64,000 bases of DNA, from assembly GCF_009914755.1 (NCBI RefSeq), contig NC_060937.1, one strand, 5' to 3'. The position numbers and the translations under genes were made by a program. The notes below the pieces were generated by a model. That model had not been told where the DNA came from. It did no database searches and was given only the letters and a program-made list of their open reading frames with translations. This document shows positions 1-12,524 of the stretch, in pieces (position 1 is the stretch's first letter; every line of letters starts with the position of its first letter). Source of the DNA: the human T2T-CHM13v2.0 reference genome, Homo sapiens.

Positions 1-420
1 ACCACAGTCAAGAAGAGAAAGTACATCTGTTGTCCCCATCCCCACCTCCAGTCCTGGGCAACCACGGGGCTGCTCTGCGCTCTGTAGTTTTTCTTTTTCT
101 ATAATGTCATATACAGGATATGGACCCAAATGGTATGTAGTCTTTTGTGTCTAACTTCTTTCAGTTCATAGAATGCTTTTGAGATCCAACCATGCTGTTG
201 CATGACTCACTACTTTGTTCCATTTTATTACTAAGTAGCATTCTATTGTGTGGAGTTACCACAATTTGTGTATCCATTTACCAGCTGATGGTCATTTGGG
301 TTGTTTCTAGTTTTTGATTATTATGAATAAAGCTACTGTGCACATTTGCATTTAGGTCTTTACATGGATACATCTTTCATTTCTCTTCAGCAGATATCTA
401 GACGTGGAACTGCAGGGTTG
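1..420 (-). mobile_element. Old L1 (L1M-type) 3' region fragment
   Basis: ttttgagatccaaccatgctgttgcatg…atttgggttgtttctagttttt…atgaataaagct resembles the antisense L1M 3' end; boundaries approximate. Confidence 0.75.
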
Positions 421-2102
421 AATGAATGGTTCTGTCTGAATAATCTCCCTTACTCATTCATAATGCTCTCCATCCTCATCCTCAATCCCACCTTATCCTC
501 CCAATGCCAGATCTTCATCAGCATCACCATAAAATGTCATTTCATATTATTGCAGTTAGAGAGCTAAACAAATAAATAAATCAAAATTTAAAATGTCTGG
601 TGAATCTGTTCCACAGGCTATTTATACTTCAGGGGATAAGCAGACTTATTGATATAAAAGTTTCCAAGCCACTCTGCTAATCTTTATACTCTCTGTCATC
701 TCGCCACTCCTACTAAAGAACCTACTGTACCTCTCTAGGTCTCTACCAGTTCATCTGCTGCTTGGCTTCACAGCTCCCCATAATCTCATCTTTGTTTCTG
801 AGCTAATCTTGTTTTTCACTCTTTCCCCTCTAATCTCAATCTATCCAGCCTGAACTCTGCCCCAGCGGCCTTACCTGGGCCTGAGCTATTTCCTCTGCCT
901 GGTACTCATTCTCCTATCCCTAGATTGTGGTATCCTGCAAGGCCCAGGTAAAGTTCCAACTGTATCCCCACATAAATCTATGATTCTTGAAGCTCACATA
1001 TGCACCTTCCTGCACACTGCTCTAAATGTTCCAAGCTGAACGTTTTCTTTCTCCAGTGACTAGGTGAGCTTCAAGGTTAAGGGTTCACTCTCAACTCCAT
1101 TTGCATTTTTCCTCAATGCTTTGCACATTACAAACAACTGTTCAAAACACTTGAGGGTGAATGCATACTAGCATACTGGTAGAATGCATACTAGCATTCT
1201 ACCTATCACATATGTATAGTGTTTACAAATTTGGTTAAGGGGAAGTCCAAACAGTCCATTCAGACTATGAGCCACACCCTCCTTCTTTCACTTTCAAAAA
1301 CAGTTCTTTTCTTTTTCAATTTAGCTAGAAAATGGTTGGAGGTTAAACAAGCAATGTCTAAGGGCATATATTCATCCTACCCTATGCTAGGTTTTCCAAC
1401 CTCCTTTCTTCCAGTATACCTGTGGAATGCCAGCAATGTGCTTCACTCCATGTGGGAGGAAAGGAAATGCAAAAGCAGTCTGCTGAAATTACAGCTGCTA
1501 AATATACATGGTGGAAAAGAAACACCAACAAACTGTTGACCATAGGGGCAGAGAGTGAGGAGAGGACTCCTCCACAGACCTTGATGATGTCTGCTTTACA
1601 TTTTTCTCAAATATCACTTGTACCCTCCAAGTACATGTCACCTATGAAACTAGAGTCTGGCACAGTCATACACAATCCATCCATACTTTGCAGGTCCATC
1701 CGCTGTAGTAAGGAAATTACTTATTTTAGATGCTAGTTCGAAGGGGTTCTGATTCACACCCTTCCTCAGTAAATGTAACAATGTACAGTTTGGTTGGCTG
1801 GGGACAAGAACATGGCCACTTCCACCTTCAGCAGGAGTGCAGCACTGGAAGTAAGCATAACGCTGTGCCATGTCCCTCCATGTAAATATGCATTGAATGG
1901 ACTCACTCGACTACCACCAAGAATGACATAAATTGTACACTGAAAGCATCAGCTTAATACACAACATGCATGTGTAGCTATCCTTGAGTAGAACACTTTA
2001 ATTGGCACTGAAAGCACTATCTGGCTGTTATGAATCCAGGGCCCAGGTGCTCCTACAACACTGGTGTGTGCCTCGTCATGACACTTCAAGAAAGGTTCCC
2101 TT

Positions 2103-2379
<277 letters not shown>

Positions 2380-3826
2380 TTAAGGTCAGAATAAATTAAT
2401 AATTTTGGTCTAAAAATATTAAAAACCCTAAGGGGATGAGATCAAAGTTTTGGAAATCACAAATGGTACAGGAATGGTGAATATTCATAAATTCAGAAGA
2501 CTAAAACAAAGAATTAGGACATAAAATTCTTCAGATGTAAATAAGACAAACACAAAAACAACTAATTCAAACAGAAAACTCATTACTCTTAAGATACGAG
2601 ACACACTGAATGAAGGCTTTAAGAAAATGTTAGAGGAGCTCTCAGCTCAATAATGTGTGATTAGGGCAAAGAACAGCAGGGTGTCTGCAGGGCCAGGGAA
2701 GCAGAAGCCAGAGAGGAGTGCTCTAAAAGTGAAAATGTTGAACCCTCAAGGTGGTAAGCAGGTGTTTGTGAATCTCTTTTTATAGTAAATTATGTTATGG
2801 TTAAGCTTTCTCCTGTGGGATACCAGAGTTTCCACTTAAGCACTTAAAAAACAAAAAACTACTTCTAAAAACTCTCTGAATATTGTTTTAGGGTCAAAAT
2901 ATAATTAACTTACAGAAAAGGTTGTGCATGGTAGCATTTGAGTGGTTTGTGTTAAGTTCCAAAAACAAACCATTTCCCAGAGCAAAGGTGTTGACAAATC
3001 ATGTTATAAGGCTGGAAATGGCAGCACCTCTAGGAGAGGCCCACTGGGACTCTGCCACAAGTTCTTGGCTCTGCTCAGTTGTGTGACCCTGGGCAGGTCA
3101 CTTCACAGTCTATGCTTCTGTCTCTACCTCTGTGAGGTAAGGGAGGAGCTGGAACAGAAGATACCTTTCAGGTCATTACCACCCTTAAAGTGCTATGGTT
3201 TAATTTGGCATCTTGAGAACAAACACATGCAAGTAAATTCCTTTACTTATTTTCTAATGCAATTCTCAGAAAGGTGTCACTGGCGCTTGATTTTGAATAT
3301 CCTTGTATGTATTCCTGGAAGTGTTCGTTACCTCCCTGACCATCTTTCACGTGGTCTTCCTTGCAGTCATAAGGCAGAAAAGCCTTATGTTCATGTAGTT
3401 CCCTGAACTGTGGTGCTGGGTCCTAAGCTTTCCGCCAAAACCACTCTCTCTCCACCTGGTCCTCATTCTCCTTCTTCACCTAGCCAACTCCTGTTTACTC
3501 ATCAGAACCCACTGCAACTGACGCCTCTTCCAGGTGGTCTTCCCAGATTCCCCACACTACTGAGCACTTTGTTCCTACCTCTTCAGAGCACTCGTCATGA
3601 GGTAGGGCAGCCACTGAACGAAATGCACACCTTCCCACCTGAACTCCTTGAGGGCAAAAACTGTGATGCATTGAACTTTGTAATCCTTGGCACCTCAAAC
3701 ATAGTAGGGGCTCAATGAATAGTTGCAGAATGAATTGGTTATATTTTGAATATAATCACGTTACCATTGCATTTAAGGGATGACGTTTATTTAGAGCCAA
3801 AAATAATAAAAAATCCACTGGCGCCT

Positions 3827-4183
3827 CGTCATGGGCTGACCTGTGCCCCCCTCGAATTCATATGTTGAAGTCCTAACCCCTAACACTTCCGAATATGGCT
3901 GCACTTTGGGCCAAGGTTTTAAAAGAGCTGATGAAGGTAATGTGAAGTCATTAAGGTGGTTCTTAATCCAGTATGACTGGTGTCCTCCTAAGAAGAGATT
4001 AGGACACAGACGCGCACAGAAGGCTGCATCTACAAGCCAAGGAGAGAGGCCTCAGAAGAAACCAGCCATGTGCACAGCTTGACCCAGGACTTTCAGCATC
4101 TCAATTGTTATAAAATAAATTTCTATTTTTTAAGCCACCCAGTCTGTGGTACTTTATTATGGCAACCCTAGCAAATGAACACA
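3827..4183 (+). mobile_element. MaLR solo LTR (MLT1A/B-like)
   Basis: attcatatgttgaagtcctaacccc…aatccagtatgactggtgtcct…aataaatttctattttttaagccacccagtctgtggtacttt. Confidence 0.85.
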
Positions 4184-4199
4184 GGCTATAATCCTATTC

Positions 4200-4385
4200 T
4201 GTATATAACATGAAAAAATGTATAATTTACCATCTTTACCAGTTTTAAGTGTACAGTTCAGTGGTAATAAACACATTCATATTCTTTTTCTCCCCCATCA
4301 CCTCCTCCCCTTCTTTCCCAGTCTCTGGTAACCACCAATCTATCTTCATCCAATCCACTTTTTTAGCTCCCACATATCAGTAAGA
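4200..4385 (-). mobile_element. L1MA/MB 3' end fragment
   Basis: aatttaccatctttaccagttttaagtgtacagttcagtggta…ttttagctcccacatat. Confidence 0.7.
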
Positions 4386-5489
4386 CAACATTTTTTTTTA
4401 CAGAAAAGTAATATATCTACATGATGTGTGTGTCTGCGTGTGCATGTGCACGCACACTTAGCTGCATACTGCCAAGCAGACAATCTGCTAGATTTTTCCT
4501 TGGCAGGCTGCTCTGGCATGATTTAGATGGAGCATTTCTCTGTAGAAGGCAGGGCCCACTTCCATCTGGCATCTCCCTATGCACTAAAATCAGAAGCTCT
4601 AAACTGGATTCAAAAGAGAGAGACAGAAAAAAGAAAAGGAGAAACCACCTGGCCAGGCCCAGTGTCTGCTTTACGGGAGGAAAAGGAGGGCTTTAGGCCT
4701 GAACCATCAACCTTCTGCCAGCAAAATCTAGCAGGCTTTTCCAAGGCTTCCTCGGAGAGCCCAGATCCCTTGTGCAGGAGGCCTAGATTCTGCCCCTCCC
4801 TCCCTATCCCCTCTCCTGCCTACAAGGATTGCAGCACAAGTGTTCATTGTGAGACAGGACCCAGCACCACCCGCTCCCTGCACAAGCTCCTTCTATAATA
4901 CTTCAACCAGACCCTGCCTCCAAACAACTACACTACTTCACTGTCACAAGGACAACTCCAGGACTCTGCAGGTCTCAGAGGAGCCCTGGAAACTTCAAAA
5001 TGAGAAAGTGACACTGCCACTTCTGTTTACTACATTGGAACTTTATAGAAACTTATCTACCTTGAGCCTCAGAGAGCCTGAGGTGGCCAAACACACCTCA
5101 GTGGGCACCAGTCCAGAGACAAGACCAGTCATCTCAGGGCTGAGTGCAGTGGGAACCAGGGGAAGCAGGGGGGACCCACGGTCAGAAAGGAACACACATC
5201 CAGGCTTCACCACAAGGGGATGCTGGGGCAGAGAAGAAATTTGAGACTGCGCATCTGCCCCAACGAGATGGATAATCTCAGAGTCTGTTGATTGCTTTTG
5301 GAGAACATGAGATTGGTGAGATACTCCCATCTAAGAATAAATGTCTATGACGGTCAAGACACTTAATAAATCATGGGTAATGACACTTAGAATTTATGCT
5401 GAAACCACAATTTCCATTTCAACAAACGTGAAGATTTCTAAGCTAATCAAAGGAAAAGACATATTTTTCTTTAGGTTAATAACCAAGTG

Positions 5490-5720
5490 ATTCAGGAATA
5501 CAACCTTTGGGGCCAGACTGGACTCAAAACCTGGCTGCTCCACTCACTGGTAGCATGACCTTGAGCAAGTAACTCAAGCATGCTGGCCTCAGTTTCCCCA
5601 TCTATAAAATAGGTAAGAACAGTACTTTCCTCAAAGCGTTGTTATGAAGCTAAAATGATTTATTACTTGTAAAGCACTTAGAACAGTCCTGTAACTGGCA
5701 CAGAGAAAGCATGAAGAAAC
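5490..5720 (+). mobile_element. MIR
   Basis: tgaccttgagcaagtaact…gcctcagtttccccatctataaaat…gtaaagcacttagaacagt MIR core. Confidence 0.8.
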
Positions 5721-5790
5721 GTTCACTACAAAGCAATGAAAGAGATTTCTTTTCCCCTAAGAACACAAGCTTCCACTTGAAGTAACATAC

Positions 5791-5862
5791 CTTAACTTTG
5801 GAGTTCTCTATCAAATGCTGAGCCATAGATTTGATCAGTACATCAAAGAAAAACCATGAGTA
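5791..5862 (-). CDS. DOCK9: DOCK9 exon ~27, YSWFFFDVLIKSMAQHLIENSKVK
   Basis: 72 nt, ttttag|TAC…AAG|gtatgt. Confidence 0.96.
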
Positions 5863-6439
5863 CTAAAAGAAAAAAGAACAGGACCCAGTAAGAACACAAC
5901 AAACTGGTAGGTAAGACATGAACTCTCTCAGGCTGACAATATTATTGACATAAAGCAGGTGTGACCCTAAAACACGGCTGCACCTCTTGGCACATTATGA
6001 TCAGAGCCAACGGTGAATGGCAGATGTCTTCTGCTTGCACAAGTTTAGCAACAAAGAGCTGCATCCTGCCGGGAAACTGGACACCTGTGCTCAGCGTGGC
6101 ACAACCAGCACGAGGCTCTGTGGGGTTACGGGTGTAGTCTTTCCCCTTCACTGCCCTCTGCTTGGTGACACTTGTCTTTAGAATCTCTAAGTCATAGACC
6201 TTCATCACTGATTTGAACATAATGACTATTAATCCTCAAGAGCCAACACTGAACACAGTGATGTTTTGCAGCTCTTCTCTCAAGACACAATTAGAAAAGT
6301 TGGTATCAGAGAACACTACCCCTTTTTAGGGAGTGGTGTTTGTCTCTAAGAGCACTCAGAAAGGCTGTATTGATCAGGCTGTGGAGTGAATTCCTGTTAA
6401 TCAGTTTCAATCAGAGCCACACTGACTCTCCTGACATAC

Positions 6440-6565
6440 CTTCAGTAGTTTGTTGCTGGTGAGGAAATCGGCAGAAGGCTTGAGAATCGTGGTCATGGAT
6501 TTGGTCAGTTCTTCATGCACTGTCTTGTATTCAGAGGCAACATATGGCTCAGCCTTATACGCGTA
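6440..6565 (-). CDS. DOCK9: DOCK9 exon ~26, YAYKAEPYVASEYKTVHEELTKSMTTILKPSADFLTSNKLLK
   Basis: 126 nt, tcaaag|TAC…AAG|gtatgt. Confidence 0.96.
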
Positions 6566-7450
6566 CTTTGAAGAAAAGAGAAAGAGACTTTAATGCACTG
6601 GCTCTCCAATGTGGGCTGAAAGCTTGAGAGACTCCCAAGAATGGAGATCAGGGACTGAGCTACAATATCATTTGTGGGAGAGGAAGGTGTGGATACAAAG
6701 ATGGGAAGGGTGAGTGTCATGTGATAAAAAGGAGTCCAGGATGTCTTCAAGAAAATATGTGAGTCATCTGACCCGGTCAAATCAGTGACCAGCCAGCCCG
6801 TAACTCCACCTGTGCCAGGGGCTTCAAGGAATGTGTGGCACAACAATGTATGACTGATACCCTAAAGGACCAGAACTTTACTTTTTAAATTATCACATAG
6901 TTGTAATTTACAAAGGTATTTAATAGTAAACAGAATATGTGCATCTGTTTAGAATAGTAACTGCCACTCTACTTACTGGATGTTGTATATAAATAAATAA
7001 CTTGTTGATGTTTATCCTAACAACATCTCTTGCTGTCCCACAGAGTCATCTAATTTGACTGTAGCCAGAGCTAACCTTCCTATCTGGGAGGAGCAGTTTT
7101 GCTGGAAAGTTTAGATGGAAAGAAAAAAAAAAAGGAAGACAACTAACGTTAGCAGAGGCCTAGCCAAGAACAACTTAAAATTCTTCTTTAAACTTCCACA
7201 TTGAGTCATATTATTTGGAAAACCCATTAAAAGAAACATAATTGAAGGAATGGAATTAAGTAAATTAGTGAATGGCTGTCCCTCTTCGTACCTCCCCTAT
7301 TCAGGTACAAGCATTGGCTATGAGAAATAGAAGAGAAAGCATACGTTACAAGCACATCCTCAAATAACCAGGCTTGTGAAAAAATAAGTCCTTAGAAGGA
7401 AAACTGGAGAGCCACAGATGTAAGTGATCAGAACAGTGTGTTTTACATAC

Positions 7451-7520
7451 CTTAACATATGACCTCAAGTGGCTCTCCAATCCTTCCTCATGGCACTGGG
7501 CAACCACATGAATAATGACC
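7451..7520 (-). CDS. DOCK9: DOCK9 exon ~25, (R)VIIHVVAQCHEEGLESHLRSYVK
   Basis: 70 nt, gtgtag|G GTC…AAG|gtatgt. Confidence 0.96.
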
Positions 7521-7784
7521 CTACACACCACAGGAGTGAATAAAGCAAAGAATATGTAAAAATGGAAACATTTCATTATTATCACAGCAGTAGTAGAACA
7601 ATGATGATGCTATCAGCACTTAGGAAACAAGGAGACAAGGAATTAGATGGGGTCCTTACACATGGGATCAAAGACATTTCTTAAATATAATGTTCAGCAC
7701 ACAGTAGCATCCCAGCTATGCATGACTATGCTCCAGATGTGGACAGACTAGAAGTGAGGAAGAGCATCCATCCACCTCCCTTAC

Positions 7785-7900
7785 CGAGTCACGTTAACCG
7801 CGACTTCTTCCTGTGTGGCTCTGGTGAGGACTCGGAACAGCTGGTTTAGGATAGTGGGCAAGAAGGCGATCATCACGTGGCCTTCCATCGCATGCAGACT
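7785..7900 (-). CDS. DOCK9: DOCK9 exon ~24, SLHAMEGHVMIAFLPTILNQLFRVLTRATQEEVAVNVT(R)
   Basis: 116 nt, ccgtag|AGT…ACT CG|gtaagg. Confidence 0.96.
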
Positions 7901-8015
7901 CTACGGACACAGAATGGCACAGTTCATGTTATCCTTCTAAAAGTAAACCAGCCTAAAGTAACTTCCACTCTTCCAAACAAGGATGGAAGAACTCCCTCTA
8001 AAACAAAGGGAAGGC

Positions 8016-8277
8016 TGTGGTGGGCAGAATGTCCCCAGAGGCGTCTGTGTCTTAGTCCTCAGCACATGTGAATACATCACATGGCCCAGGGGAGGTAAGG
8101 CTGCTAGTCAGGCCTTATGATAGGGATTATCCAGGTGTGCCCATGGAATCGCAAAGGGCCATAAACCAGAAGAGGGAGACAGAAGGGGAGAGGAGTCAGA
8201 GGGAGCTGGGACAGAGGAAGCAGGGTCAGAGAGATGCTGTGTGGCTGTCTTTGAGATGGAGGGAGGGGCCGCAAGCA
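8016..8277 (+). mobile_element. MLT1-type LTR 5' fragment, abruptly truncated
   Basis: tgtggtgggcagaatgtcccca…tgtgaatacatcacatggc…ggattatccaggtgtgccca…ggggccgcaagc. Confidence 0.65.
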
Positions 8278-8934
8278 ATCACATATAAAAACTTCATTGT
8301 TTATGTGGATATGTATTCCATTTTCCTTGTTAAACCAAACAAATTTCTATCCCATTTCTCACATTTCTTGTTTTGTCCCCATGCCCTTTTAGCTATTTCC
8401 CCTTTCCAAAATGCTCCCCACAGCCACGTTCTGGATGAAGCTCTCCTAGACAAACCCTGCCTGGCTCTTGCTGCTTAGACACGCCAGGAACCCCTTGCAC
8501 AAAGCTGGGACTGGTTCTGTGCATTATTTCTTTATTTGATTTGTCTGCCTAGCATGCAGTCACCAAGTTTATAGTATCTCCTACAATGAACTAGAAGTTC
8601 CCTAAGGGTGAGGACCGAAGTCTCTGCTTCTGTGCCCATCACTGTGCTCGGTACCCAGGGAGGTCCGTCTCAAGTGAGGGGTTTTCCATGCGTGAGAAAC
8701 AGTATGTTTTAGAGATCCTGCCTTGAGCAAAGGATACATGGGACTAGGACACAGGCAGGAGTAGTGCCGTTCCTAGGTCCACTTCTTACCACTATCTAAA
8801 CCTCATAGAAGCTACTGATGTGAGACATCCAGGTAAGAGCTTCCAAGGGGTGAGAACACCACTCACCACCAAAGAGAAAACCCAACCTACTCCAAACTCA
8901 CTTAAAAGGGGATACTAAGAAAGCCATGTGATAC

Positions 8935-9024
8935 CTTAAGGTACTTTACAAGTTCGTTTCCTAAGGCTTGGGCTCCAGATTCGGTTTTCTGACAGTACTG
9001 GAAAAAATTATGTAAATGCTGATC
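8935..9024 (-). CDS. DOCK9: DOCK9 exon ~23, DQHLHNFFQYCQKTESGAQALGNELVKYLK
   Basis: 90 nt, cctcag|GAT…AAG|gtatca. Confidence 0.96.
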
Positions 9025-9121
9025 CTGAGGTAGGGAAAAAGGAAAAGAAGAAGAAAGTCTATTAGAATACACGCTGGGGAAATAGAAGCATTTGTTTCTT
9101 GCAGCATGCTTTTTTGCTGTA

Positions 9122-9122
<1 letters not shown>

Positions 9123-9152
<30 letters not shown>

Positions 9153-9444
9153 GCTGTTTTTTTTGAGACAGAGTCTTGCTCTGTCGCCCTGGCTGGGGTG
9201 CAGTGACATGACCATGGCTCACTGCGGCCTTGACCTCCCAGCCTCTTGCAATCCCCCTACCCTAGCCTCCTAGGTAGCTGGGACTACAGGCACACATCAC
9301 CATGCCTGGATAATTTTTGTATTTTTGTAGAGACAAGGTTTTGCCATGTTGGCCAGGCTGGTCTCAAACCCCTGGGCTAAAGTGATCTGCCCACCTTGGC
9401 CTCCAAAATGCTAGGATTACAGGTGTGAGCCACCACACCCAGCC
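9123..9444 (-). mobile_element. AluJ with a (CAA)n microsatellite tail ((GTT)~10 at 9123-9153 on +)
   Basis: ttttgagacagagtcttgctctgtc…gtgagccaccacacccagcc. Confidence 0.93.
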
Positions 9445-9711
9445 TCATCTTATTAAGACTAAAAATTGATCGTGTACAAATAACATCAAGAAGATCCTCC
9501 AATGAAAGGGGAAATCTGTTGCAAAATGATGCTTGTACTAGTCATTTATATGAATACATATAAGCACTTCAGTTGTACTTTCTTTCTTTAGAAAAAGATC
9601 TATAGAGTAAAAATATAGTAATATAACACATTAGGATTTTTTTCTTCTTGCAAAATGGTGCAAACTTTGTCACAGAGCAGCAACTGCTAATTTTGTTGAA
9701 GGAGCACATAC

Positions 9712-9798
9712 CTGAGTATACACTGTAGAAACCAGATGAGTGGAAATTTTCAGCAGTGGCTTGCCTCCATCTACCCATTTAATTTCCGGACCATAATG
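9712..9798 (-). CDS. DOCK9: DOCK9 exon ~22, [29 protein letters not shown] (end of DHR-1)
   Basis: 87 nt, ttttag|CAT…CAG|gtatgt. Confidence 0.96.
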
Positions 9799-10869
9799 CT
9801 AAAAAAAATATGGAAGAAACAATATCCCTACAGATTAGTTATTTTGGCTCTAACATGATCATCAGTGAGGGTAATGATGAGGGACTGAAAGAGGGCCCAG
9901 AGAACTTTAGTGACTTGGCAACTGTGCCGGGCCCATGGCAGGAATGCAGCTGATACACATTTCTGCCCCCTTTCTTCCCCCAAAGTACAGTGCTTTTATT
10001 ACTGGATTTTCTAAGTTATCTTTTCTGTTTCTTTGCAGCTGTGTGAGTTATTGTTCATTTGAGAGGGAAAGAATCCTATTACACCAGCATCTGAACCCAA
10101 CTTGAGCTCAGGATTCTGAAGAAGCCAGTAAAAGGTGCCAGATAAAGCAAACAGCATAATATGCAGGCCTGGCACAGGCAAAGGGTCAATCGTCTGCTCA
10201 CACTAATTTCAACTTTTGAAACCTCCATTTCTCTGTCATGCTCAATTATACAATTTATTCTTCTTTGGGAAAATTTAACTATTTGTCTATAATATGAACT
10301 TAAATTTGGCATCATTTAAATGCAGACAAACATAAAAAGAACAGGCTTTATTTAAGCATGTTATAAAGCCGCAGTCTATAAAATTTAAGATGGCTAAAAA
10401 GAATGCAAAACCAACAAAGCAATTAAAGAAATCTGGGGAAAATTAGGCTTTCAAGAATCAGAAAGGTTTCAGAGTGTGCAACCCTGTGGGTGAGAGATTT
10501 GGCGTACTTGACTTACTTTAAGCTGGAGGAAAATTCCTAATAGTTTGCATGACCCTAAGAACTCATCTTTATTTGAGCATGGCCAGTCGACAGAGACAGA
10601 CCTTATCCCAGATTTCCAAGTCTCTATTTTTCCGCTGAGACACCACTAGTTCAGGGCTTACAAAATGCCCAAACTGTAATTCTGACATTGAGGTAACTGC
10701 TAACAGCACTGTCTTCAATTGGCCAAAGTTTACTTGAAAATGAATAACTAATATCAAAATGGTGGAAGAGCAAAAATACTGTTTGCTTTTTGTGTGTTAT
10801 TGTTGTTTTAGTTGTTCTTTAATGTTTTCTGAAGAAATTGGGATGAACCAATCTTAAAATGTGACATAC

Positions 10870-10991
10870 CCTGCCCATCCCAAGCTCCTGGTAGCCAAGA
10901 TAGCCCGAAGGAAGGTTCGCCGAGACCGGGATGTGCTGCTCGCTTGTCACCACCCTTCCGTCTTTCAGGAGGGGAAGCCAGGAGTAGCCAA
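10870..10991 (-). CDS. DOCK9: DOCK9 exon ~21, (V)GYSWLPLLKDGRVVTSEQHIPVSANLPSGYLGYQELGMGR (DHR-1)
   Basis: 122 nt, caacag|TT GGC…AGG|gtatgt. Confidence 0.96.
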
Positions 10992-11220
10992 CTGTTGAAA
11001 ACAAAGAACAACAACAACAACAGAACACTGTGAGTGTATGAAAACTTATGAAAGCAAGCCAATGTAAAACCGTCTGATTTTTAAGAACTTTTCCTATCAA
11101 TTAGAGTAAGAAATTTAAAATGCCCTAAATGTAATCTCTGCAGAACATTGTCTACAATGTACTTAGGCCTTTTCGGGGTTAGAATTCTACAATCTTCTTT
11201 TATAAAAATGTACATATGCA

Positions 11221-11453
11221 GGCTGGGCATGGTGGCTCACACCTGTAATCCCAGCATTTTGGGAGGCAGAGGTGGGCAGACTGCTTGAGCTCACGAGTTC
11301 GAGACCAGCCTGGGCAACATGGCGAAATCCCGTCTCTACAAAAAAATACAAAAATTAGCCAGTGGGTGTGGTGCGTGCCTGTAGTCCCAGCTATTCAGGA
11401 GGCTGAGGTGGAAGGACAGCTTGAGCTCAAAAATTAAAAAAAAAAAAAAAAAA
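11221..11453 (+). mobile_element. AluJ with an internal deletion of the distal right arm
   Basis: Alu head, middle A-tract, right arm ends at cttgagctc and runs into poly(A); TSD tacatatgca on both sides. Confidence 0.9.
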
Positions 11454-11607
11454 TTACATATGCAACCCAGACATGCTACATATCCGTTACCTATAAAATT
11501 CATTTAAAGATCCCTTTGCAAAAAGATGGAAATTCAGAATCTTAATACAATTTAAGAACCTAATGTTTCAATTATTTAAAATCAAAGGAATGGTAAGCCC
11601 CCCCAAC

Positions 11608-11731
11608 CTTGGGTTTCAACGACATCCCTCTTCTTCGTGCTTCCTTTACTTGAGTTGTCACAGCTGACATGGAAGAATGTGAGCAACAGGTGGTGCTTTT
11701 CATGCAGCTGAGTGGGCAACTCTATTTTAAT
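11608..11731 (-). CDS. DOCK9: DOCK9 exon ~20, [41 protein letters not shown](V) (DHR-1)
   Basis: 124 nt, ttgcag|ATT…CAA G|gttggg. Confidence 0.95.
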
Positions 11732-12431
11732 CTGCAAGGGAAGACAAAATAACAACAAAATATTCTAAAAACACAGAAACTCTCAGTGGAAGCAGAGACA
11801 GTATGTGTTACCCAACGCATAAACGTGCACTTGTTCTCCGAGCGGATATTAACATTTGCACTCAAAGATACTGAGACTATAAATTGTGCCAAGCAAGAAA
11901 TGAATCCTGAATTCACCACTCAGAAACAGGAAGAGAGTTGATGGTATTTCTAGGAAGAACTGGAAAACACAGGACAGTAACTGCTACGCTAAGTTACCAC
12001 AGCCAAGGCATTATGAAGAACCAGGATAGAACATTCCCAAGTAGCATGCATACAGTGGTTTCAATGAATTACATTATATTTTATGTAAGCAAACCCAATG
12101 ATAAGAAAGAAAGATTCTCAGGTCCAACAAATGTAACTAAAGTATGAATTTGATAGGAAATATACCAGAATATTAATTGTGGTAGTGACAGTGGGATTAT
12201 GACTTTTTCTTTTCTGTATTATCTGCATTATCCAAATTTCTATTTCTTTTAATAATGAAAATGTTACATTTACAATCAGAATATATAAAAGAAATACTTC
12301 AACATGCAGTTCTAGCTCTGTAATTTCAGTGTAATATGCAGCTTCTCTTGAATTTTGCTTTACCAGGCAAATACATTAAAGTTTCCCTTAAAACTGGTCA
12401 AATTCGGTTTTCCCTTAAAAACATCACTTAC

Positions 12432-12524
12432 CTCATCATAAAATTCTGGGTTTTGGTGATGGTGTAAAACTGCAGCAAAGGCGCTTCTTGTGAAAACTGG
12501 CCCACCAGGTCTGCCATAAATGCA
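12432..12524 (-). CDS. DOCK9: DOCK9 exon ~19, [31 protein letters not shown] (DHR-1)
   Basis: 93 nt, ttttag|TGC…GAG|gtaagt. Confidence 0.96.

Noticed and set aside
6308-6347. Imperfect hairpin downstream of the exon ~26 donor
   Set aside because: Short and bulged, too small for a pre-miRNA and consistent with chance.
8902-9222. ORF with a poly-Gln tract in frame with exon ~23
   Set aside because: The Q-run is the (CAA)n tail of an AluJ read through intron sequence; no convincing upstream acceptor or start context is visible.
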